Of a stretch of 55,650 nt of DNA, positions 22,661 to 35,100 are shown one piece after another. This DNA comes from Asterionella formosa. Its lineage: Eukaryota. A program made the translations under genes and the position numbers. The stretch lies in contig NKIB01013551.1 in assembly GCA_002256025.1 (NCBI GenBank), positions 1 to 55,650 of the forward strand. The letters are read 5' to 3'. Each line of letters opens with the position of its first letter. Positions within the stretch are counted from its first letter, which is position 1. The notes beneath the pieces were generated by a model. That model did no database searches and was not told the DNA's origin. It was given only the letters and a program-made list of their open reading frames with translations.

Positions 22661-23579
22661 TGCATTCCTAAATTGTATGTACCGGTATGTAGTATTGCTT
22701 TTTTCTCCTCCTCCTCATCGTCGTTCGTTGACATTGACATATGCACAATAAATGTACCAACTTGGCTGGTACCAGTACTAGCGTAGACACGATGGATTCT
22801 ACAGAATCCAGAATCCGTTTGTATGCTCACTTATTCATTGTTTGAATTGATTATAATTATGTTGTCCCTCCCAATTTTTTGTATCTCACACATCCAGGTG
22901 GTATGTTGCTTCAAGCAACACATTATTTCTTGCTCCAAAATGTGTATCTGTGTGCTGTATTCTTGCTGCAGATAAAGTGTTAAGCAATACTAATTTTATA
23001 AATTTAATAGATGTCATGATGTCATTAAATAAATCAACAACGACACCATTTTTATCTCTATCAGAAACAACGAAAACGAATTTCGGGAGGAGGGATCTCA
23101 ACAGCAATTATAATCATGACTTGTGTATGTAATTACGTTTTTTTATCAATATTGCTACATTTACAAGTTGTGCTTGCTGTTGTTGCTACTGTTGCTGATG
23201 CTACTTCTCATGGTATAACAAGCTGAACAACAAACTGAACGAGTGAGTGAAACAAGGGAGGGAATGGGGAAAGACAATGAAACAGCAGCAACAACAAAGC
23301 AAAATAAACAGCAACTGAAACAGAAAAGGATGCAGCCAGCAGAAGAAAGTCTGGTCAACATTGAGGTTGGCAAATGACAACCTTACAATTGACGAGGTGG
23401 TAGAGCAAACGTCATCACTCAAGGACCCAACAGTTGACAAATCCTTTCTGCCAGACAACAAGGAATGGGATCGTGGCATCCAAATCAAATGACGTCGATT
23501 GCAAATCAAAGGGCAAGACACACAAAACCATATTTGTAACAAATCTTTGGAAATTACATACTCATATTGGGACGGATCT

Positions 23580-23645
23580 GGACATCGATACTACACATCA
23601 TACCGATACATCAAATGACATCAGATATCCTGATGGTAACAGGTA
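23580..23645. mobile_element. Orphan terminus of the same family as the 48429-54880 foldback element
   Basis: CCTGATGGTAACAGG+TA at 23629-23645 is the exact reverse complement of TA+CCTGTTACCATCAGG at 48427-48443. Confidence 0.6.
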
Positions 23646-25081
23646 CCAAGTACAAGGGTAACTACAGGAAGAGCGTTCGAATGATTAGATACGGAGTACC
23701 TGGAACTCCCTCCAACCGGAAATAGTTGCATCGATTCACTGGCATCACCCGTATCTTTCTTACTGTTTGCATATGAAGGATTACGTAGCTAACCATCCTT
23801 CTAAGAGAGGATTGGCTTACTCGAAAAATGCTTTTTTTGAGGTACATAGATGTGAACATTAAATCTATTCCACGGGCTGGTTTTCAGTGAGTGAAAGTCT
23901 CACACTACCTCGCCCAGGTGAAGGGGTGGGGTGCCTCACCGGACACCAGGTCAGTAATGGATGACAGGGTGCTTCAAAACCATTCCTGAGTACGTGAACT
24001 GGTGTATGAAGTTCGAATCCTCCCATGATGCACCCCAAGCACCCCACAACGATGGGGCAGGCGGGCAAAGCGGCTGGATAGGTTTTCTCCTGCCACCTTG
24101 GAACAGCCAAAAAACATTAACTCTTTTTTGTAGTTAAATAAGTTGCATGTAAATGAATTAATCAAAACCAATTTAACATATGTGTATGTACATATTGCCA
24201 AATGCTGACTGTTTCACATTGGCCGGCCACTCAAATATTTGCGGGAAACCGAATACAACAAGCAACTATCATAGTTATAACATAAATAGAATAATTGTTG
24301 TTTGGTATTATATTCCACAGTTGTTGCACTACATGGACCATACTTCGGTTTTATAACAATGCTGAAATAGTTGATTTTACTGGGCCAACTCATTTATTTG
24401 TCCTTGAAACATAAACGAAGTTCTTTTCTGTACTTTCTCGACACAATTTATCTTCTGGGGCTTTATAAAAATTACCTACAGGTGTGCACTTTTTTCTTCT
24501 TCAAACCCTGCCAACGTTTAGCTATCTTCATCAAAAACTCGACAATATCGGCCTTTTCAATGGTTTTAGAAAAGTCCGAAATCAGAATCACTAATCGCCA
24601 AAACATCATCATCGGAATATGTTTCTTATGATTCAATTTTTTGTCCTACAATGCCCTTAAAAATCCATTTTACGTACCCGCTTTGCTCACTATAAATATA
24701 TTGATTGGTCAAGTTCAATTACTTACTGACATTGGATTGGCCCAGTTTGCGCAGTCTTGCAAACCCATGCTGGCCACACTGGATGCACGTGTAACATTTT
24801 CTTGCGTGTTGGCCATCACAATATCCACAATAGGAGGCAGCTGATCATCTGTGATTGTACGCATGGATACCAGTACTAGAATGCACCGGGCTAAGTTGTA
24901 TACTAACACATGTATGTTGATCATAGTGTAAGGCATATGCAAATGGAGCGATGTAGACTGTTTATGTATTAATTTAGCGAAATTGAAAAGGAATCAATGT
25001 GAATACGCGCAAATTTCCAGTAATTTAAATATTTCAATTGGAATCAAGTCATTCAAAATTATTCCAGAGAAATTCACAGTT

Positions 25082-25104
25082 CCAGGAAATTTCGGCAACC
25101 CTAG
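25082..25104 (-). mobile_element. Possible lone hAT-like terminus (TAGGGTTGCCGAAATTTCCTGG on the minus strand)
   Basis: TAGGGTTGC start resembles hAT TIRs; no partner end or 8-bp TSD found. Confidence 0.25.
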
Positions 25105-28034
25105 TAAGCAATATTTTTAATTTTTACCAAGGGGGTTCAAATGCAGAAAAAAATGAACTACGGCGACCTCCGGGTCCCAAGAGTTAATCTCCAACCAAGC
25201 AAACCCAGCGGTTCACCATGACGAAAGGCACAACGAGCGCAGTCAACAAAGCGTTACAAGAAGAAAAAGCAACGTGATGCAGGTCAATACAATGGTGTTG
25301 AAGTCTGACAGAAAGAGGAGGAGTTGAAAGAGCAGACAAAGCTACATTCTACTGGAGTGAGGACACATGGCAACTCAATCACAACAAACTCGATTTAGCA
25401 TTCAACATGTCTACAACAATGAGCGACTTCATGGACAATGTTGCCAAGCAACTGGAAAAGAAACAGATCGATAAGAAAGCAACACACCATGAAAAGGAGA
25501 GAACAAAGAAAAGATAACAACATTTTTCCACAGAATGAGTGTTTTTACAGCAGGGGAACAACAGGACGATGAACAACAATACAAGAACGATGGTGAGCCA
25601 TCAGACCATCAGATGAAGAACAGAACAAGGCCAAGGATGTAGAGATTCCAACAAAGGATGAAACTACAGCAGACCAGAAGGGGACGAAAGGCAAAGCAAT
25701 CAAGCATTCCGAGCAAACTCCTTAAGTAATAGCATCATAGAAAGTAACCAGCAAAGGGTTTAACCAATTCAAATTTGGATTTCGATCATATCATAACCTT
25801 AATATAAAACTTCAACAATAGATACCAATTTGGTAGCAAAATTAGAATTAATACGACCAATTTGGATCAACATTGGTAGGAACATTTCAAACCCTAACCC
25901 TAAGGGCGACAATGGTTACCAATTTGTTAGCAAACACATGGAGCACTTGACATGTACAAAAAGAATTCGGATGCTGCGACTAGCAACATGTCTTGACGTC
26001 CAGACTGAAAATTTGTATACTAATCCTCTATCTCTCCTCCCGACTTGGCTGCTCCGAGAAATTTGGGGTATCGTTTTTTGGTGCAGCGGACTGCGATCTC
26101 GCTCAAACCAACGACTTGCTGGTAAGCACTTTCAGGGTGCCTTAGTCCAATATCAAAAATCACACACAGGAAACTTAGCAAGTCGTTAGATTGAGGAAGT
26201 TCGTAAATCGGCTGCTCTGAGAAATCAATTGCATACGTCACGGTTGAAAAAATAGGCAATAGTAAAATCCTATATAATTTGACAAATCCGTGATAAATAG
26301 AAACGATGAACATGATTGGCAAGCCGTCAACTACGGAGTAAGTTGCTTCTTAGTGTTATGTCTGGTTAACTGATCACGCTTGTTGGCTCAATGTTGTTTG
26401 TTGTTTCGTCATGATTCTTGTGACCATTCCTCTGCCGCTGTAGTTCGACAGTCGTCCTTGACATACACTCAAGAACAACACCATTGTTCGGCTACACCAA
26501 GGTAAATGTTACATTTGTGAATTGAAAATACGCTGGAAAATGTTGAGACCTTGACAGAGGCAAGGCGAAGCAACTCTCATCAATAGTCCGATCAACTCCT
26601 TGGATTAGGTTGATTGTTTGGTTTGCTGTGTTGCCATTCAAAAATTCAACTTACTCACCCTCTTTCTAAATCTCAGTTAGTCATAGAGAGCGACTGCATG
26701 GGAGAGGGCTTCTGATGAATGGAACAGGAGAGGATGAAACAGCTATAATTTTATTGCATCGACAAAACCAAGAAACCAGCATGAGTTGGGCAATTTCCAG
26801 ATGGCCAGATCTGGGAGGTACTGCCGGAGGGTAGCTAGTTAACATCTGAAGAAATTTCTTGTTAGTACCTTCTGTGGGATCAAAAATGGATTTTACAAAC
26901 AACAATCCACCAATATGCCTATTCATCGGCCTTACGAACTGACTAGAATGAGGGATGAAACATAGATGCTCCATAAATACAGTGGCATTCCCGTTCATCA
27001 TTCCAATACCCTCTAATTAACTAGCAATTGTTGATCGAATATTGGCCTCATCCATGTTACTTTAGTAGTTATGTTATTTTCCGGTGCAACCATCATTGAT
27101 GATGGTGATCAGCGCTGCATGATGCATGATTGCCCTATCTGTCACCTACAAGAGGGGATTTTCAATGTCACCAAAAACTGAATTGATTTCACCTCGTCCG
27201 TCCCCATGGGAATTGATACAATAATGTCTTTGAAAGTCGGGAATAAGTTGGCGGGCTTGCTGCCAATCGCTCTTGCCTATGCTGAAATTGATTTTTAATT
27301 TCATCGAAAACTTGATTGATTTCATCTCCATTGCTATGGGGATTGATAAGAACTTGTCATTGAAAAGAACTTGTCATTGAAAAGGGGGAACAGGTTGGGC
27401 TCAGTCCATAGCATGGGCAAACAAACGATGCCAGTCCCTCTGACTCTCTTCATTTTGGATTGAAAAGTTGCTCTTGGAGAGCAATACCTCATTGTGAAAG
27501 TTCTGTTGGCCTGATTTGACGATCAAAGGCTTGTTTCTTGAGAAAAGCTGAAATTTCTTTGTCAGGAGATGAGAGGTAAGCCGACATGCTGGTCAGTGAC
27601 TGACATTGGTGAGATCATGGAACTCATGCTGCTGTGGACAATGAACAAAAGGCCACATAACACGCAAGAGGATGTATCGCTATGAAACCATAACTGTTAT
27701 AAAATAAAGTTAAATTTGTATAAAATGTCAGATGACTAATCTAAAAAATCTTGATTATCAGAGCGCGATGATGTTATTATGTATCAAATCGCCAAAATAA
27801 TTTGTGTTTTAAGACACAAGTGATACAATATTTTTTTAATATCAGAGCACGCCCAATATCTCCATTACGGTTTTCCATCTCTTTTTAATTTTTCGCCAAA
27901 TTGGTATAAAAACCGATTTGGCAAAAATCCCAACTTGAATTTCGGACTTCGAGAAAAAACCGATAAAAAATCGAAATCCCAAAATAAAGCCTTAATTGGG
28001 TTAGGGTTGGAGGTCTCTCTATTATTTTAGAGCC

Positions 28035-28505
28035 CAAGCAAATACCGGCAGTACCGATACTCTTGGTCATAGGAGATCCGAAAGAGAACCCAGTGAGTCA
28101 TTTGCAATGTTGTTAGTGGTTGATTGTGACGGTATTTGAGCATCGCCGCCGCATCGACCAAGACCGAGACCAATTGCAGTGGGGAGTCTTGATACTTCAC
28201 GATGCGTCTAGATTGCTGTCGATATACCGGGTACCAGGGTACCACGTAAATAAAAGGACTTTACTTGCTTTGGTTGCTATATTATTCTATTACTCAAGCA
28301 AATACCGGCAGCAGTACCAAACTCTTGGTCATAGTAACAGGTAGTCCGAAAGAGATCCCAATGAGTCATTTGAAAGTGGAGAGAATACCAGTAACGGTAT
28401 GTTTGTTGGAAGTGGTTGATTGTGACAGTTGACGATGACATCATATGGCCCGATTACTGGTAGAGCATCACTACCGCATCGACCAAGACCGAGACCAATT
28501 GCAGT
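28035..28505. repeat. Diverged direct repeat pair (~28035-28180 and ~28295-28505)
   Basis: Shared blocks CAAGCAAATACCGGCAG, ACTCTTGGTCATAG, AGTGGTTGATTGTGAC and CCGCATCGACCAAGACCGAGACCAATTGCAGT occur in the same order. Confidence 0.7.
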
Positions 28506-29133
28506 TAGTTTTAAGGCTTTATTTTTAAAGGATTACCCTAACCCTAACTGTCAGCATTCATCAAAAGGGCTTAAGAAAATTTGGAGACGAGAATCACCGG
28601 CTTAAATATCCATGAAAAATTATCAAGTGGGCTACCCGGTATTACATATTGGTATTTATGGCATACCGCTAGCTATGTAACATATAATCCTAATTCAAGG
28701 CTGGCGCCGCTCGCTCCCAATTTACGGGACTTCTTTCTGCAGAATTCTTCTTGCCGATAGCTTCAAAGTACGCGAGGATGCAAACCCTGCGGTCACTCTA
28801 ACAAAAATTCATTTAAATAATAATGTGCCAAAAATGTTTATTTATGTCATTTGCCTGGTATGTTTAATTTGATAGTATTAATTACCATGAACATTACGAG
28901 GATACGTAAATATCCATGTAGTACATGGAGTGAATTGGACCATTATTGTCAGAAACGTTTTTACATCATATGCGACCATGTAACTAAGATACATGCAAGA
29001 TCTCTGCAAGTCACCAAAAATGCACAATACACCATTGAACCATTGCAATACAATCAGTAAATTATAATCTTGACTGCAGGCACCAACAAGAGTACAGAAC
29101 ACATACACACCCTAATCCTTCGGCACATTCAAG

Positions 29134-32100
29134 ATGAAGATTCATTCTCGTCAGTGTGAAGGTAAGGAGGAAAAGCTGAAAGGAGAAGTGGGAAGAGTTC
29201 TTGCGAGGTTCCAAGCTCACGATATGTTCCCATCCACAGACGAGGCGCATGCCGTCACGGATGAATGTAACCTTGAAACGCCGTGCTTGCTCCTTGATAT
29301 CCATTCTCCGTTATCGAGGCGTAGCAAATTGGTTAAAGTTCGCCGTTCCTTGTCGATTGCATTCTTTGTCGTTACTCAGCTACTGTTACTGTTGAAAGTG
29401 GAATCCGCCAAGAATCCAGAAATTTCGCACCCCGAGGAAACCTTCAAAACCCGAACACAGCCTATTGCGTCCCCCGCCGTGATCCGAAAACAAAAATGGG
29501 CATTTATTGAGAGCGACAGAATCGGTGAGCAGAAGGATGGAGTCGAAGATGTTGTTGAAAGAAGTATGGCCAAGGACACTGTGTGTGAAGATCTCCCTCC
29601 AAGCCCGTTTCAATACGAAGTCTCTGCAACGCTCACTGGGCACCCAGATCTTGTATCAACAGATCAGCTGAGCGAACTTGAGCTTCTGTTTATGGAAAGC
29701 TACAACTCTTTTAGTTCAGAAGATTGTGGAAATGGAACCTTCCGCGTCCTTACCTCTGTTGTTTCTGTATGGAATGAAACAGATTTAAGAGATGGTTTCC
29801 TGAACAGGAACGGAAGTGCGGTATCATTTGGACTCCGTTTTCTTATCCAAGGTCTTTGCTCAGGATGCGGAGGCGACATGAGGCTTTTCGCAGATGACAA
29901 TGCCGAGAGAGGGCTGAAGATTCATAGAGTCAAAGGTAGCAAGAGTGTTGATAACAACATGGACGATGAGAGTAAAACTAAAAAAAAGAAGGGCAAGAAC
30001 AAAAGGGGAAATGGAAAGACCCAGAAAAGAAGCAAGAAGAGTAGTAAGAAGGGAAAAAACAAAGGAAATGGGAAATCTACTGGCACGAGTGTGAAGACAT
30101 ATTCTCCTTCACCCTCAATCACTCCTTCCGAAATTGACATGCATCCATGCTATACGTGCTTGCCTCCGTCAGGCTTTACATCAAGATTCAACTCATTTGT
30201 TCGATCCTCGTTTGTCATTTCATTTGTTGACAGGGTCGATTATGTGGTGGTTCTGAAATCAGAATCAGTAGCATGCAACAGAAAAGATGAATTTGAATCA
30301 TTCCTGGTCATCAACTTTGTTGGCAATCCCAGCAAGGCCACACCATCACAAATCACTGTTGTAGAGCAGGGAATTGTTGATACCTTCAACAATCTAAACT
30401 CACTCAATAATGCAACTTGTGATTTATTGTTTCGCAGGCTCACGGATGCTTTGGCTATCGAAGTTGACATCAGCAGCGGTTATAAGGGTCGATCATTGAA
30501 GAGAGTACATAGTATCGTCACTCGTGCTCTTACACGAAAGCCTACACAGAGTAGTGGCTCATTCAGTTATCGGTTCAGGGTAACTGGCAGTTGTCAAGGG
30601 TGCAATAGGAATTCCACTTTGTTTCATGATACTGTTCGTCGGAGCCTCTCACTCTCCTCTTTCGGTATTTACAACTCACATGGTCGACGTGTTCAATTGG
30701 GTGCAGCAAATGATTGCTATTGTCCAGTCTTGTCGGAAAATCGTGCTCCAACAATTGATGAATTTGAGACATCTTTCAAGATGAATATCCAGAGCCTAGT
30801 GGAAGGTGGATTGTTGAATTCTAACTTTATTGCTGATGTTGTAACTAACAAAACATTCGAAGTAGAACCGGAGATGTGTCCTGCTCCTGTAGATTTTGAA
30901 TCATTCCTGGATGTTGGCTTTGTTGGAGATCCCAGCCAAGCTACACCGTCACAAATTTCGGTGTTGGAGCAAGAAATTGTTAACTCCTTTAACACACTGA
31001 ACTCTCGTAACAATGAAACTTGCGATTTGTTGTTTCGCAGGCTCACGGATGCTTTGGCCATCAAGGGTAACATCAGCAACGGTTCTAATCGTCGATCATT
31101 GCAGACAGTACAGATTGTTGTCACTCGCGCCCCTACTCGAAAGCCTACACAGCGCGGTAGCTCATTCAGCTATCGTTTTAGGATCAGTGGCACATGTCGA
31201 GGCTGCAGCAGTAATTCCAGGTTGTTTGATGATGCTGTACGTCGCCAGCTCTTGCTACTACCCACCTCTGATAGCACTAGCAACACACATGATCGGGGTT
31301 TGCAAGTGACTGGCGGCAATGATTGCTATTGTCCAGTCCTGTCGGAAAATCGTGCTCCAACAATTGATGAGTTTGAGACATCTTTTATGATGAATATCCA
31401 GAGCCTAGTGGACGGTGGATTGTTGAATTCTAATTTTATTTCTGGTGTTGTAACTAGCAACACATTCGAAGTAGAACCGGAGATGTGTCCTGCTCCTGTA
31501 GATTTTGAATCATTCCTGGATATTGGCTTTGTTGGAGATCCCAGCCAAGCTACACCGTCACAAATTTCGGTGTTGGAGCAGGAAGTGGTTGACACCTTTA
31601 ATACGCTGAACTCTCGTAACAATGAAACTTGTGATTTATTGTTTCGCAGGCTCACGGATGCTTTGGCCATCAAGGGTAACATCAGCAACGGTTCTAATCG
31701 TCGATCATTGCAGACAGTACAGATTGTTGTCACTCGCGCCCCTACTCGAAAGCCTACACAGCGCGGTAGCTCATTCAGCTATCGTTTTAGGATCAGTGGC
31801 ACATGTCGAGGCTGCAGCAGTAATTCCAGGTTGTTTGATGATGCTGTACGTCGCCAGCTCTTGCTGCTACACACCTATGATAGCACTAGCAACACACATG
31901 ATCGGGGTTTGCAAGTGACTGGCGGCAATGATTGCTATTGTCCAGTCCTGTCGGAAAATCGTGCTCCAACAATTGATGAATTTTCAGATTTGTTTCAGAT
32001 TATGATTCAAAGGTTGGCAGAAGATGGTGTACTGGATCCACTATTTATTTCGGGATTTACAGGAGAAATAAGTGAAGTTTTAACATCATTTGCTCCCTTA

Positions 32101-35100
32101 GCAACTCCTTCGTTGTCCAATACATCTCCCCCTACTGCAACCGAGATTCCCTCGATCTCTGGATCTGGGATTACCCCAACTACATTACCATTTGTACCAT
32201 CCCCAGTTTTCAGGTCTTCAGCTCCAACTCAGACTGAGGCACCCAATTCGGCAACCACCATGCCGTCAAGTTCAGGGGGAAGTGTTGTTCCTACAATATC
32301 ATCCACTTCTGCAAACACAGACTCTCCAACCACAACAACAACTTCTGAGCTCACTCTGGGACCTGTAGGTGTGCCAACAGGGGCCTTAATCAACAATACA
32401 TTGGTGCCCATCCAGGAAACTTCAACTCCATCACCATCACCTTCATCTTCACCATTATCGGTAGCAACACTGTTACCAACAGTTGTTGCAAGAAGAGATG
32501 TTTCAAGTAACTTCTTTGATTTATCACTATCGCTAATTGGCATTTCCTCATTGAGTCCAATTGAAGTGCATCTATTCACAAACTATACCAGGGGATATTT
32601 GAATGCAGCTTTTGAATCAGAATATCAAAATCCACCAATGTTATTAGCTGTAAATGTCACATCTCTGTCCTCTCAGAATACAAATCAGTCGGTTCGTTTT
32701 CTAGCTGAAGCCTCTATAAACAAAATCACTTTGACAATTCGAATTCTCACAGAACAAATTGGACCAAATCCTTTGAGTGCTGCAGAACAGTTGAATCGCT
32801 CCAAAATGTATTTATTGGATCCAGCATATTTACTTGGTCTTTCCATGATTCCTGGCTTTAGCTCAATTCTTGAAATCTCAATTGGTCAAACTTCTATTCC
32901 AACTAGTAATCCAGTCATCAATGTGACTACAGGACCTACTGCAACCCCATTAGAAAGCCCAATTACATCTCCAATGATCATTATCCCGCAAACATCTGTT
33001 CCTTCAAATTCATTTGTTGCTCCATCATCTATCCCCACATTGGCGGCTACAACTCCATCACCAACAATAGCCTCACCAGAAACTGCTGTGCCAACTGATA
33101 CTCCAAGCATCTTCATAACAGCAGGACCTACTGCTACCCCATCAGGAAGCCCTATCATCATCCCGCAAACATCTGCTCCTTCAAATTCATTTGTTGCTCC
33201 ATCATCTATCCCCACATTGGTGGCTACAACTCCATCACCAACAATAGCCTCACCAGAAGCTGCTGTGCCAACTGATACTCCAAGCATCTTAATAACAGCA
33301 GGACCTACTGCTACCCCATCAGGAAGCCCTATCATCATCCCGCAAACATCTGCTCCTTCAAATTCATTTGTTGCTCCATCATCTATCCCCACATTGGTGG
33401 CTACAACTCCATCACCAACAATAGCCTCACCAGAAGCTGCTGTGCCAACTGATACTCCAAGCATCTTAATAACAGCAGGACCTACTGCTACCCCATCAGG
33501 AAGCCCTATCATCATCCCGCAAACATCTGCTCCTTCAAATTCATTTGTTGCTCCATCATCTATCCCCACGTTGGTGGCTACAACTCCATCACCAACAATA
33601 GCCTCACCAGAAACTGCTGTGCCAATAGATACTCCAAGCATCTTTATTACAGCAGGACCTACTGCTACCCCATCAAGAAGCCCAATCCAGTTCCCTGTTC
33701 CAAGTGAAGGACCAAGCAATTCAGACCCTCCCACCTATGGTCCAAGCATCTCAGCCATTCCCAGCAACAATCCAAGTGCATCTATCATTCCCAGTGAGGT
33801 TCCAAGCACTTCACTTGTTCCCAGCATAAAACCAAGCATGTCCCCTCTTCCAAGTGAAGAACCAAGCAATTCATACTCTCCCAGTGATGGTTCAAGCATA
33901 TCCCATGTGCCCAGCAACATTCCAAGTGTATCCATGATTCCCAGTTACAATCCAAGAAATTCATTCCAATTTGATCCAGAAATGATCCCAACTAATACAT
34001 CTGTTTCAATCGCAATTTCAGTAGATGTAAGTTCACTTCCAAGGGTCAAATTTGGTAACCTTAATGGTTTTGCCATCTACCGCTGTGATCCTACTACCGG
34101 AATTCCTTTCAGCTCAGCAGTAGTGAGATTAGCTGATTCTGGTTCAGGAACTGGAGCTGACCAATTTCCTGGGGATTTTATATTTTCTGCAGCTCTTGCT
34201 CTTGTGTCAAGTGTGCCTGATGAGGTGTTTGCATTCCAAGCTGTACCTGTATTCAATGATACGGAGGATAGATTTGGGTTAGGGCGTCATTTGGTCATGA
34301 CCAAGTTGAATGCAGTGACATCTTACCAAGGTAATGGAACAATTGTCATGGATGGTGGCGGTAATTTTACTCTTGAGACATTGTCTGGAGTATCTCTTAT
34401 AATCACCTATTCCTGGCCAGCAGACATCCCTGACTTAGATACTGGAACTGAATTTCTGGGATCAACTGTGGGATATGACTGTGGCTATGTGTCAAGGTAC
34501 TTCAATTTTTCTGGTGACAACACAGACTTAGGAGGATCTGAAACAGTGATAGTATTACTTGGAAAGTTTTATGATGAAACCAATTATACAAGAGGCACTG
34601 AGAATATTATAAACCTGAATGCAGGATGGTACACAGGAAAAAATGGCACTGGACCTGCACTAGTATCAATATATGTTGAACAGAATGATGCCAGCAATGA
34701 CAAAATTTGGAGGAGCACTACATTAACTACAGCTATCAATCCAGGTTACCAAAATTCCTGTGCCAGTACAAAAGTTGCAACAGTGACAGTTGTTGATGAT
34801 GGCCAAAATGTTACATTCATCCTTACCCCATATAATTCTCCTAATATTCCAAGCATCACACCAAGCACATCTCCTATTCCAAATGAAGGACCAAGCAACT
34901 CTGACTCTCCCAGCAATGTTCCAAGTATTTCACATGTTCCCAGCAACAATCCAAGTGCATCTTACATTCCCAGTGACATTACAAGCATTTCACATGTTCC
35001 CAGCAACAATCCAAGCATGTCCTCTGTTCCAAGTGAAGGACCTAGCAATTCATACTCTCCCAGTGAGTTTCCAAGCACTTCACTTGTTCCCAGTATAAAA

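Noticed and set aside
25131..25187. piggyBac-like end (TTAA-CTCTTGGGACCC on the minus strand)
   Set aside because: No partner TIR or transposase in the window; TTAA alone is insufficient
25890..25903. Telomere or chromosome end
   Set aside because: Only two TTAGGG units, and they are interstitial
25200..27700. Possible decayed coding or retroelement sequence
   Set aside because: Short broken frames with no diagnostic motif I can recognise
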